DNA of 64,000 nt, taken from assembly GCA_009859145.1 (NCBI GenBank), contig VRVR01000022.1:186001-250000 (forward strand), given 5' to 3'. Source of the DNA: Andalucia godoyi And28. Its lineage: Eukaryota; Protista; Jakobida. The notes beneath the pieces were generated by a model. The model had not been told where the DNA came from. It did not search any database and saw only the letters and a program-made list of their open reading frames with translations. Positions 43,123 to 55,100 of the stretch are shown in pieces; positions within the stretch are counted from its first letter, which is position 1, and the number at the start of each line of letters is the position of its first letter. A program made the translations under genes and the position numbers.

Positions 43123-43124
<2 letters not shown>
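42111..43124 (-). CDS. Secreted phosphodiester-glycosidase (NAGPA/DUF2233 family) protein, about 337 aa
   Basis: Signal peptide, then 'AGVNGGYF', 'AIGAGPNLV', 'TAVG', 'MAVADG' and 'MEMDQGGSSTL' (family motif usually LDGGGS). The exact start Met within the poly-Met/AAT repeat is uncertain. Confidence 0.75.

Positions 43125-43168
<44 letters not shown>
43125..43168. repeat. (AAT)n trinucleotide microsatellite
   Basis: Directly visible at the 5' end of the NAGPA-family gene. Confidence 0.9.
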
Positions 43169-43171
<3 letters not shown>

Positions 43172-43668
43172 TAGCAATAGTACGTGCGCTACTGGATACT
43201 AGAGAGAGTCAGCTCTCCCCACTACTTACGTATTAGATCTGTTCGGTTTTATGACCATCGTGGCGGGTTTTTTAAATAAACCGCTACGAGCGTTTTTACG
43301 CAGAGGCGTGTTGTCAAGTGCGAACTGTGGGTTTCACGATGGAGACATTTTCGAGGACGAATTCAAGGATGCATTGTTACACCGTAATCATCAACAAAAT
43401 TAAGTGCATGTATGATTTATTTAAACAAACCATAAAACAGATGCAGGCATTAGACTAAATGCCAAAAACGTGGACACACGCATGCCACACAACTGATTGA
43501 ACATTGGTCAGAAAACCAACAGCGAAAACGGCAGCGGTATGAAAACGTTGAGAAAGAATGGTGGTGGGTGGGACAATTAAAAAGAGCACATGTCCGTAGT
43601 TGTCATTTTTGCAGTGGGGCCTGGGAAGACAATGGATGGGTGCGATGTTGGATCTTTCAACTCTGTTG

Positions 43669-44406
43669 TCAAGCTTTGGGATCCCGCTGAGGACGCATAG
43701 TAACTTCTACTGGACACACATTGTCAGGCAAGCTAATGCAGCTCAGACACTGCTGAGCAACATCGCTGGGCTGTATCATTTTTGCCTTCTGCAGGCCCTT
43801 GATATCGCTCACAAGATCCGTGTTGACGTATCCAGGATGAATCACACACACTTTGACTCCGTGTTCACGGACGTCTTCAAACACGCAACCTGCAAATCCC
43901 CGAATACCGAACTTGGAGGCACAATATGCTGCAGATCCCTTCATTGAGATTAGCGCAGCGACGGACCCAATAAACAGCACAGTCTTATGTTTGGACTTTG
44001 AAGCGAGTATGGCAGGGAGACACATTCTTGTCAGAGCCATTGGTGCTCGCAGATTCACTTCAATCACTCGGTCCCAGTCATTCAAATCAGCCTCGTCCGC
44101 GCCTCCGGATGCCCCCACTCCTGCGTCATTAACGAGAATCGAGATCATTCCAAAGTTGGAAACAATGCAATCCACTGTCTTTTGAAGGTCTTCACGTTTT
44201 GACACATCGCAGCAGTACACACCCGTCTTGATTGCGCTGTTGGCCTCCTTGCACATTCCCTCCGTCCGTTCGAGATCTTCCTTTGTTCGCGCTAGCAAAG
44301 CGACATTGCACCCTTGTTTTGCGAGCGCCACAGCGATGGATCGCCCGATGCCACGAGACGCCCCGGTCACAACGGCCACTTCATTTTTCAGTTCCTGGAT
44401 CGTCAT
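43669..44406 (-). CDS. Classical short-chain dehydrogenase/reductase, 245 aa
   Basis: TGASRGIG (Rossmann), 'CDVS', 'LVNDAG', catalytic S...YCASK, 'HPGYVNT'. Confidence 0.95.
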   Translation of the reverse strand: MTIQELKNEVAVVTGASRGIGRSIAVALAKQGCNVALLARTKEDLERTEGMCKEANSAIKTGVYCCDVSKREDLQKTVDCIVSNFGMISILVNDAGVGASGGADEADLNDWDRVIEVNLRAPMALTRMCLPAILASKSKHKTVLFIGSVAALISMKGSAAYCASKFGIRGFAGCVFEDVREHGVKVCVIHPGYVNTDLVSDIKGLQKAKMIQPSDVAQQCLSCISLPDNVCPVEVTMRPQRDPKA

Positions 44407-44978
44407 CGCTCCAAGCTTGCGTCGTAAAAAATACTTGAACTATGCGGGGACAGCGTACAGAAGAAAAAGGGGGGACGCGAGTTTTTATAATATAAAAATA
44501 TGGGAAACGCTTTCTTTTTTAATTGGATGTGTGTGATGATGAACACACTTTTTTTTTTGGCGCAGGGACTTCGATTGTCAAGTCCTGGAACAGCCCAGAC
44601 TCAGACAGAAAGAGATGCACATGGCGCATTGTGTGTTTTCCCTTTGTGAAGATAATCCACGCACAAGTTGCGAGGACGGTCCGACATCCATCGAACTGCG
44701 CGCATCAGCAAACCCGCATCTCGTTTCCTAAATATTTCCCCAACTCGTTATCCGCACAGCCAACCCTACCTCTCCCTCCTCCCCTCCTCCTCCTCTTCTC
44801 TACGCGCCAAGAAATGTCAAGTCAAAGCTTAGTACACATTGCATGCGAAACTGGGAGCAGAATCTCCCACTTTGCTCTCCGAATCCCTTAACAACAGTGT
44901 CCCGTCAATCCGCAACAAACTGAACACCTTGCGTCGTCATGATGCTGGTGATTTACGATACGCCATGGTACATTTCGT

Positions 44979-47021
44979 TCACTTGCCAAACGTGTCGAGC
45001 CGCGCAGAGGTGAGCTCGTGCGAATAGGAACCAAACATGCGATCTTCTTTCGTCGCAGTTGTCTTGGTAACGACCTCTCCCGTTGTTCTTGCTTCTATGT
45101 TCGTGCTCCAGTAGTCTCTATCCTTCACCACAACATCCGATTCTGTGGTGATGTCGGTGAGATCAACTGGGCCAACGGACACTGCATGGTCATGCGGACC
45201 AGCTCCGGCGAAAATGTCCACCAACTTGCTGAAGAACCCGCGCTTCACGTCGTGAGCAGGAGAGCCAGGTGCAGACGACGGAACGCGGTCGGGAAGAATG
45301 GAATCAGCTGTCTCCAACGCGTACTCCTTTGCCTGACCTGCCTTGTCTTTCACGGCTTCGCCGACCCTTTCGGACTGATTCTTAGTTGCTTCCCATCCGC
45401 GCTTCGCAGACTCCGTTGTTAATCCAACTGCAGCCTTTGCCGTGTCCTTGATGGTATCTGCAGCAGCAACAGTCTTGTCCCGAATGCCGGCAGCAACATT
45501 GGAGGCAGCATCCTTGACTTTCTCGAGCGAATCGCTCACCGCTTCTTTCACGGTTTCCTTTGCCTGGCCAGCCTTGTCACGGACGGCTCCTGCAGCGTCC
45601 TCTGCGACTTCCTTCGTTTCATCCCAAGTCTTCTCAGTCTTCTGCTTGCCCAAACGAAGTGCGTCTTTCACATCATCCTTCACAGACTCCGTAAGCGGCT
45701 TGGACGACGGAATGCCTGGTTCTCGATCGCCGACGGTCCTGTACGTGGGACCCCCGGCTCCGTAGGAGCTCGACGGAATCTCCACACCTTCAACGAACTG
45801 CTTTGTGCCAACCTTGTTTGCGCTACCCACCGGGGCCGGGGGCCCTTGGATTCCTTGCTTGCGATATTGCGAACGCTCATGGTTTTCCTTCAGGAAGTCA
45901 CGCGGCTTCCAGTAATCATCCACTGGAACACCGCGTTTGAATTCAGAGGTGTTCGTTTCCGTAGGAACTGCAGTGCTATGAACCTTTGACGTCAAGTCTT
46001 CGGGTTTGGCGGACGCACCCAAGTCGCGCAGGTACTGGTCGGAGCCTCGATAGTTGTCCGACGACTTCTTTTCCTGGCTGCTGCTGCCAAACAACCGGTT
46101 CTCTGAGTCTTTGGGAGTCTCCGGCCGTGCAGCTCCAAGAGCTTCCTCGACTTTCTGCACCCCATGCTGAACAGTGTCTTTAGTCTTGTCCCACACGTCC
46201 TGAACCTTTTCCTTGGCGGTGTCAATCGCGCCTCGGACTTGTTCTCGACCGTGCTCAACGGTCGCCTCTGCACGGTTCCACGCGGTGTCATCTTTGGGAG
46301 AAAGGACTTCTCTGGCTCGTGTAGCAGCATCGGTTGCCTTCTCTTTAGCGGTGTCAAAAGCGTCACGCGTGGTCCGTCGTGATTCGATGGCAGCGTTAGA
46401 CAGACGGTCCTTTGCGTAGTCAATGCCGGAATTCACAGAAGCACGAGCATTCTCCGTCCCAGCGGCAATATTCTCCTTGGCTTCGTCGTATTGTCTTCCA
46501 ATGACACGTTCTCCCGTTCCAGAAAGATTCTCCTTGGCATTGTGGATGCCTTGCTTCACACTGTCCTTGATATTTTGCCACTGGGAATCTAAAGGATGGG
46601 ACTGCGGGTTCGAATCTCGAAATTCGCGCGCTTCCCTGCGCAACTGCTCCCGACCTTCCTCTCCCTTTTCTGCGATCAAGAGGGTTTCTCTCTCTGCTTC
46701 ATGCGCAGCACGCTGGACAAGTTTGGCGCCAAGCTCATCCTCCCCCTGTTTCATGTGGTAAACACCCTTGGCGGCCAGTTCCTTTGCCGGGGATGGGTTG
46801 GGACGGTCGTCCTTCAGCAGGATGGTCTGTGCGGCCTCCTGGAGCTTCGATGCACCTCGGATTTCCCGACCTCCCTGTACGTCTGCAACGGCTTGAGCGG
46901 CCTTTTTCTGCGTGTCTGGCAGGTCTTCGTCGATACGCTTCGTATAATCGCCAACCGGCCGTGGATCAATGTAATGCTTGAATGGGTCGTTTGATGGCTC
47001 CGGTTTAACAGAATCTCTCAT
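44979..47021 (-). CDS. Group 3 LEA-like hydrophilic repeat protein, about 680 aa
   Basis: A/K/E/D/T-rich, Cys-free ORF with 11-mer-like amphipathic repeats (AKEKATDAATR, AKEKVQDVWDK, KDKAGQAKEYA, RDKAGQAKETV). First ATG after a U-rich leader is at 47021. Confidence 0.75.
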   Translation of the reverse strand: MRDSVKPEPSNDPFKHYIDPRPVGDYTKRIDEDLPDTQKKAAQAVADVQGGREIRGASKLQEAAQTILLKDDRPNPSPAKELAAKGVYHMKQGEDELGAKLVQRAAHEAERETLLIAEKGEEGREQLRREAREFRDSNPQSHPLDSQWQNIKDSVKQGIHNAKENLSGTGERVIGRQYDEAKENIAAGTENARASVNSGIDYAKDRLSNAAIESRRTTRDAFDTAKEKATDAATRAREVLSPKDDTAWNRAEATVEHGREQVRGAIDTAKEKVQDVWDKTKDTVQHGVQKVEEALGAARPETPKDSENRLFGSSSQEKKSSDNYRGSDQYLRDLGASAKPEDLTSKVHSTAVPTETNTSEFKRGVPVDDYWKPRDFLKENHERSQYRKQGIQGPPAPVGSANKVGTKQFVEGVEIPSSSYGAGGPTYRTVGDREPGIPSSKPLTESVKDDVKDALRLGKQKTEKTWDETKEVAEDAAGAVRDKAGQAKETVKEAVSDSLEKVKDAASNVAAGIRDKTVAAADTIKDTAKAAVGLTTESAKRGWEATKNQSERVGEAVKDKAGQAKEYALETADSILPDRVPSSAPGSPAHDVKRGFFSKLVDIFAGAGPHDHAVSVGPVDLTDITTESDVVVKDRDYWSTNIEARTTGEVVTKTTATKEDRMFGSYSHELTSARLDTFGK

Positions 47022-47305
47022 TTTGCTACTCCTGATAGTCGTTGTTGATTCGATGAAAACGATTGAGGGAGGAATATATAAAATAAAATGAAAATGAAAA
47101 TGAAAAGGAAGAAAGAGGAAAATGAAGCGAGAACGTGAAAATAAGTGTCTACTAAAGATAAAAAACATAAAAGACGTGTTCAGAGAACACGACAACGACG
47201 ATATTGTGGATGTTCAACAAACGAAACTGGAACACTAGCGCGAACTTCGACAAGACCAACATCGCAGGCAAGCATTCGCAAGGTGAAATACCCCAACAAC
47301 AAACG

Positions 47306-48711
47306 TTAGATGTTCGAGTGAACTGCGGGTGCTGGTTCGTTGCGACGTATCCATAGGAATGCATCTGCGTCGATGGTTTTGCGCGGCTGCGGCAACTCGA
47401 CCTTCATGATCTTGCCCGCGTCATTCTCACTGATCCTGGTCATTTCAGACAGCCTGGCGGCAAGGACTGTTCCGTCACTCGAGCCGGCGACAACGACTGG
47501 GTCGGTGGTGGTCCTCGATCGCACGCAGGGATCCACATCACAGGACAAGCACCGTCCCTGCTTGGCGAGGAAGCCGTGTTCAAACTCGAAGTCGATGGTC
47601 GACCTTGCAACGGACCAAATTCGAACGAGGCCGTCGGCCCCTGTCGTCGTCAGCAAGTGTGGGAAGCTTGTCATTGCACACAGCGAAGACACCGCGCCCT
47701 CATGGCACACCCGATAAGCTAAGGGACGTGACGCATTTCGAGTGTCCCACAAGAACAGATGGCCGGCTTGGGACCCGGATGCGAGCAAATGATCCTACGA
47801 GACATTGAGAGGGAAATAGTGCGTGCGCGCGTGTGTGTGACAGACAGAGAGAGAGAGAGAGAGAGAGAGTGGGAGTGGGAGTGAGTATTCATAAAGACTG
47901 CGAGCAAGCAAGATGCGAATCAGAGGCGGGAAATAGAGACAATATTCATACGGAATCCGTGATCCATTCAAGGGTGGACAGTGGAAAAGAAGAAGAGGAG
48001 TCCACAAGCGTTGCGACGGATCGAGCAGATTGTCGGACATCCCAAATCTTGACCAGTCCGTCCAATGATGCCGATCCGAAGACACATCCCTTGTTTACAT
48101 TCCATCGCGATTTCACTACAGATCGAGAATGCTCAGCAAACTGTCCAGACAGCTCGCAGCTCGCAGGGGACACGCGCCATATGAAACTTCGTCCGGACTC
48201 TGAGGACGTAAGCAGCAATTCCGAGTCGATTTCAGAAACGGATACACTCAGAACAGCAGAACCATCCGTTCGTTTCTGAAAGATCTTTTGATTTCTGGAT
48301 ACGTTCCACAAACCCAGAACTGCAAGCACAGGCAAGCACAAGAAATCATCAAAAACAGCCGAACCCAAACCAAAAACAATAAAAACATAACAAACGAACC
48401 AAATAAAAACAAAAAAACCAATTAATAAAGGTTCAAGAAACATGCTGAACGGGAGAAAAACTCATACGCGAATTATGAGAAGCCGTGAAGAGCAGCTCAT
48501 GGTTGCTCGGGTGCCAATCTACTTCCCATGTTGCAGACTCCACCGAAATCCCTCCAATGTTTGATATTGCATCTTGCCCAACGTGGAAAATGGAGACTGA
48601 ACCGGAGTGTCGCCAGGATTCATGGTCGAAACCGGCCACCGCAAAGCAATCGTTGTGAAACCGTGAGAACCGCAAGTATTGCGCACCCTGCGGAATGGAA
48701 GTTTTCAACAT
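47306..48711 (-). CDS. WD40 protein, divergent PEX7-like (PTS2 receptor); 3 exons 48711-48468, 48319-47952, 47794-47306; 366 aa
   Basis: Two GTATGA...AG introns give a continuous frame. Blade order parallels Pex7: 'QYLRFSRFHNDCFAVA', 'TWEVDWHPSNHELLFTAS', 'EHSRSVVKSRWN...FGSASLDGLVKIWDVR', 'LASGS...LFLWDTRNASRPL'. Confidence 0.55.
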
Positions 48712-49115
48712 TGCAGCATTGTGTTTGTACGTCGTGACACTGCAAGGGTCGTCGTCGTCTTCTTCTCCTCAATGTCAAATTGGGATGCAGACGTGGTGAC
48801 GAATACACTGTCCAGCATTTTTTCTATGGTCTTTTTGACTCAAAGAAGTTGTCTTTGAGGCATTCCAGCGAAGCAACAACAGCAGGCACGCAGCACGCAG
48901 CACGCAGCACGCAACGTCCGTTTCAGCATGAAGACCACCGAGAAGCCGTGTTAATAATGCACAAATAGCCCGTCGTTTTATTATTATTATTATTACTATT
49001 ATTATTATTGACGAATCTTTTCAGCATCCGCATCCGCATCCGCATACAAGAAAGAAAGAAGCTCGGGGCTAGAGACAGAGAGACTGGGAGAGAGTGAACG
49101 TTGTCGAAACGGATC

Positions 49116-52100
49116 TCACATTGCAATAACCAGTTGCTGCATTCTTTCCATCTCGCAAGCAGTATCGAGCAGCAGAAAGTCAAAGATTTCGTCCACAAGA
49201 GATCCGACAATTTGCTCTTCATCTGAACTGAACTTGCTCCACTCCTCATTTCGATTCCTCAATTCGTCAAACACAGAGCGCTCTACATCCGTAATCTCCG
49301 AAATCCGAAGGCTGTTTTTCCACGACAAGACAAGCTTCTCAACATAATCCCTGCAGTTTTCCTTCCAATGGGATCGAGAGCTGAACCGTAGACGCGCGGA
49401 CAACCCACGGAGAGCGAGCGGGATGGGAACGCCTTCCGGCATGCGTCCTTGGAAAAACGACGCAAAGCACAACACGGCCTGTTGGCAAGCATCAAATAAG
49501 CCCTTTTGGAAAATTTGCAGAGGCTCTGGGACATTAGTGGTCGTCGCCATCCGAAGGAATATGGGAAGAGGAATGATCCAGTCGCTTGCCATGGGATCTG
49601 ACACCTGCTTCAAGTATTCGTCCATCACACTCTTCACATACCCGCGAACCATTGCATCGGTTGGCACAACAGACGCATCAGTCAGTTTCTGAGGCGCAGT
49701 CTCCGCATTGACGGCAATCTTGGAAGCAGTAGATGTACTTGCAGAAGCAGGAGACGTAGTCGATGCTGTTGTAGTACTCGATGGCCGAGGTCTTCTTCCG
49801 ACGTTCGAGAAGTCGTAAAGATCCTCGTCGAGTTCATCAAGATCGGTGCTCGTGATGTGGTCCGTTCGTCGATGCTGGCCACGTCTGGCAGCTGACACGC
49901 TAGACGTTGGTGGTAAATGTGGCCTATCCGGCTTCTCATTCAGAGCCAACACCAAAAGCTCGGACAAAATCTCATCGGTCAGGTTTTCGATCGTCTGCGA
50001 TGTGACAACAATCCTTTTGTTTTCCGAGAGTGCAGAGAGGACCTCTTGAGGAACAGCGGAATCAACATCGTCAACGTCGTGTTCGACAACAGACGAGACG
50101 GACAAATTATCGTCGGAATCTTCTCCAGAATGGGACGCATCTTCCTCCGCGATCAGCTGTGCGAGGATTTCTTCCAAGAGCTCGTCCGCGACCAATTCGA
50201 TGCTTTCCACGATCTCTTCTCTGTCGATGCCTCCTTCTTCAGAAAATTCCTCCTCCTCCTCCTCCTCCTCTTCGACCTCGTTCAATTTCACTTCCACACT
50301 CGACATCATATCGATCATTGAAGCAACTGGCACAGTGACCTTGTCAATGTCAGAAGGCGATTCCAAAGCGGCTTCTTGTGACACAGCTATTTCATCTACA
50401 AAGCTTGCTGACGACAGACCCTTCTTCGCGTCCGATCCAAGAGGAGTTGCCGCAGCCACGCCACTGTCCGAAGAACCAGACAGCGATTCATACGACGTAG
50501 AAATCGGAGGCACATCTTTTCGGAATGATTGCAAAAATTCGGCACTCTGGCCCAGATCAATCATCTTCGAAGGCAGTGTCTCGTCGGGTGCCGGTTGAGC
50601 AGAAATTTCAAGCAGGACTTGGTTGATGAGGCCATCGATTACCGAATCCAGAACCTGGTCCACAGCTTCGGAGCTGTTCTTGGCCTTAGTTTTCTCCTCG
50701 AATGACGACAGAGCAGAAGCCAGCGCGAAAGGAGCTTCGGGCATCGCTTGCGATTCCGAAACGCCAATGGAGTCCATCTTGGAATGCTGGACGGTTGCAA
50801 AGGCCGACTCGCTGGTGGGAGACTCATTCAAGCTTGCGTCATCAAGACTCTCTGAAAGAGGAGTGTAACCGTTCTCTTCTTCATCAATCATCTCCACAAT
50901 GTCCTCCTCAACCGATGATTCAATAACCACGGGCAGTTTCACGCTTGCCACCGAATGCGTTTCCAGCTCCTCCGAGCGACCCGCTGGAAGCAACAAAGGA
51001 GACGCGACACTCTTGTTCACTCCACTGAGGTCCGCGCTGTCATGAGTGCTCAGTGTCTCAAAAGATTCGGAATATGCCTCTGAACCGACGCTCTCGGTAA
51101 GGCTTGGAATCTGATCTCTTTGCACTGCGTTTTCCGGCGACCGAACAGCAGCATCCTTCGGTGCAGGATGTCCGACGTCCGAAAAGGTCTCAAAATCATC
51201 GCTGAATTGCTCATCTTCAACAGCATCAACGATATCCTCATCGATGGGCACTTCGACCACTGTGTCGATATTCGCAGCAGGAACCCCGCCAACGGCACCA
51301 GAAACAGCTTCCAGCGTCAGATCCTGCGATGACGTTTCATTCCGCTGCGCCTCCTGCTTGTCCCCGATGACCCGCTCGGAATCAACGACAGGAACTGCAA
51401 CGAGCGATGCCTTTTGTGATTTGGGCGATTCTGCGGTCATCAGCAAGTTTGGAGCGTCCGTTTCCTCGTCCGAAAATCCAATTGCTTCCACATCGTCATC
51501 TACTGTAACATCCTCCTCCTCCTCCTGCTGCTGCTGTTGCTGTTGTTTTTCCGCGTTCAAACGGAATGGAAGATCTTCACTCATTTGGGTCTCAGGTACT
51601 GTATCGAAATGTTGCCTGTCGATGGGTGAGTTCTCAATTGCATGATCTAGTTCTTCAAGCACTGGGGCTTCGTCCATGCTGTCAGACACGACAGACAGCG
51701 ATTGGGAATTGTGGACACCCTTCTCCGAAGAAAACGACTCAAAAGACTCCGAGTATGCGCCAGTGCTATCCACAGATTGTTTCCCCACGGAACTATAAAG
51801 AGAAACGTCGCTTCCTAAAGAATAAGGAGCGGAAACGCTATTTGATTGATCTGCATTTCTCTCTGCAAGCTCGACTTCAGCAGCAGGCAAAGAAATTGCT
51901 TCCGTCTCATCCGCGATTTCCGGAGAAGATGTGGAAGTCCCGACAAAAGACGACACGTCTTCGACATCTTCGGCAACACGATCGACAGCAACAGGAGCAG
52001 CAGCAACAGGATATTTCGACGACAGAGGAGAGACACCCTCATGGGCTTTTGCGAACGTTTCCGAAGGTTGGGCTGCAACAGAGGGCTCATCAGGAACATG

Positions 52101-55100
52101 GTCTTCAGCAAGTTTCGATTCCAAAATGTGCTCTTCCACGACAGAGTCCAATGCTTCAAGAGACTCGGAGACGGACACCGCACTGCGGCGTCCCGAGTGC
52201 CACGAGGCATGGTCATCATGATCCCCGAATGACTCAACTGATTCAAACGACTCGGAGTAAGCAACGCTGGCTGTGTCCACCACGGACGAAGTCTCCGTGG
52301 ACTTTGCTTCGGAAAATGTTCCATTCTGTCGCTGTGTCGCAGAAGCGTACAACAATTCGTCAGATCGTCGCTTTTCATACTCTCGAGACGTTGATTGTTC
52401 AGACGGCGAGGAAACACCACCAAAACTGGACAGTGACCCTTCAATGGCATCGTCGATGACTGAGGACTCTGGTGATGATCCTTGCACATTCGACCTTGCC
52501 GTCGACAAACTCTCAAAGGATTCCTCGTCATAGTCACCACCCATCTGCGGAGCTTCTGTTTTCGCTGGAACTTGGGAAACCGCGGAAACACCGGCGGCGG
52601 CTTTCTTCAATGTACCAGAGCCGGCAGCAGAAGTAAGGGCAGGAGTCGGTTCCGCAGCGGCAATCGGCATGGCGGGCGGTCTCGGGATGCGATGCTCAAT
52701 AGCAGCCTTCAAAATCTCATATTCATCTTCAAAGTTTGTTTGCACACCAAAGTCCAAGTGCTTCTCAGCAGGCGCAAGACGTACTTCCTCGTTTCGTGCG
52801 GCAGCCCTCAATGGAGCATAGGACGGTGCATTCGTCAGACGGGGGCTCTCATCATGCTGCAGATCCGTTGTTTCAGCTCGCATTGCAGATTTCAAAAATT
52901 CCAACTCCTGCTCAAAGTTCGTCTGAATGCCCAAATCACCTGTTTGCAGGACTCTGGACGCCCCAGAGCTTAAGGGGGTCTCCTTAAGCGGCGCAGGGCT
53001 GACCGCAGAAGCAACAGCTGCATCAGCGGAAGCGGATACGGGAACCGCAGCAGCACGGGAAGCATTCTTGGCATCGTCAACGGAGCGGACATAGAGCATT
53101 TGAGCAAGCGACATGTTCTCCCTCTGCGCCTCTGACTGTTGCTTCATTCTCTCGAGTTCTGCAATGCGAAGCTCGAGATCATGCATCGAAAACAAGTATT
53201 CCTGGTGAAGTTTGAATCTGGAAAACAAGGATTTCGGACTCATCAACCCTGAAGACGCAGTCGATGTCGAATCGTTGACCGTACGTGCCAGCTCATCCTC
53301 AAACGGATCCTCCGATCCGGATTCGACCAGAGAACGCCGACGGGGTTTTCGTCGGGGAATCGAAACTGAGGAAGCGGAAGAAATTGAAGCATCTGCAACA
53401 ACGGCAGGTGAAGACGGTGCTTGCCAGCTCTTCCTTTGCGGAGGTCTCGTCTGTCTTCGTTTCGGCCTTGGAGGAGATATTGACTGCCCTTTGCTTCGAG
53501 GAGAACGGAGGACGTTGGATACAGGAGAACTAGGAGCAGATGACGACAGCACCTTACCAGAATGCGGTGCATTGGACAGCGCAGTGCGGGAACTCATAAT
53601 CCTCGAGTACAACACATCCAGTACGGTCGGCCCGGTCACTGCATAGGACTTGACAGCATCTCGAAGCACATCGTTTAGCGAAGCTCTATTTGGCCCTCTC
53701 ACAAACGATTTCTGTCCCCGAGAATCCGCAGAACCTAACAGAACATCCGATGGAGGCGAAGGGGACGAAGGAGACTGCTTTTTCTCGAACAGCGACTTCT
53801 TCGCATTCTTTTTTGCACGTGTAGCGACTTCTCGGCGAAAAGCAGACAATTTGGCTTGAAAAGATCTTCGGACAATCCAGCCACGAAAAATGGTCTGTAT
53901 TTGGATGGCGGCCGCGTGATTTCTGGCGGAACGCGTGTAGTTCGTTTCTGCCACGATTGCCTGTGTGCCGACGGCGGAAGGCAAAGCATGTTTCACAACT
54001 GGAACCGCAGCAAAGGTCTCGGCACGGTGCACGCTGGAGCAATCGGAACCTCCGTTCGCGTGATCGTCTTTGTCCATGTGAATAACCGATGATTCGCCAT
54101 CACCTGCATCTGTGTCTGCGTCCCATCCAGCCGCGCTCTCGGAAAGTGCCATCGGGGACAGCTGCACGCCAGCATCTGCTGCCGACATTTCCATTTGAGA
54201 TGCTTCATCGTGAACGTAGACTTCTTCTTCTTCTTCTTCCTCCTCCACCACCTCCTCTTCATCTTCGACTGTTGCCGTGGGCTCCGCGTTCTCATTTTGA
54301 TCTGACTGTGAAAGAGATTGAGAAATGGAGCGAATCCGCTCTTGCAAACTTGATGCAGCCTCTCGAATTTTCGAGGATCGACTGGCATTGGGAAGATCCA
54401 TCGGAGGTGGGACAGCAGCAGCTGTCGACACGGATAATTGTGAAGGAACAACGTCCCGCACAGGAATGACAGGAGGCCTGGAAGCACTAAGGAGCGGCTG
54501 GGAAGACGAAAAAGAAGAGAGCGGCGGTTGAGAACCAGATGGAACGTCGACTGGTCTGGCAGATCTGGCTTGCGGGACCGGCCTTCTGGGAACCTTGGCA
54601 GTAAGAATTGCTTCGCAGGATTCTAAAATGACCTTCATCAAATCCCGTTCTTGCATGTCTTCGTGAGAAACCGGCTGCCGCGCGGTCGATAGCTCTTTTG
54701 CGACATCCAATGTCTTCTTTGGTGCAGACTCTAGAGCCTTTTGCAGAGCTTGCTTCCTCTCGTCTTCGAGTACCCTCAGTTTGGCCTCTCGTTCTGTCTT
54801 CTGAGCTGAAAGCGCCCGCTTTTTCTCTACGCTCTCCTTGAACAGCTTCTTCTTTTGTTCTAGGATATACTGAGAAGCCGCTGCATGCCTTGCAGATGCT
54901 TCCTTTGCCTTTTTCTCTTTCAACTCCTTCACTGCAACATTCGCGGGAAAAAGAAAAAAAACAAAAAAGAAGAAAGGAAGAAAAGCAGTTCAAAGGTAAC
55001 AATACTTCGTTAATTCCGTACAATTCAAAAAAAGACACCAAAACATTCGATACGAAAGAAAAACAAGATTAACATACGCGCCACCTCTTCCGCAGACATC

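Noticed and set aside
43221-43250. U1/U2 snRNA-like words (TACTTAC, ATCTGTTC)
   Set aside because: Only 7-8-nt matches; no Sm site or stem-loop pattern of U1 or U2.
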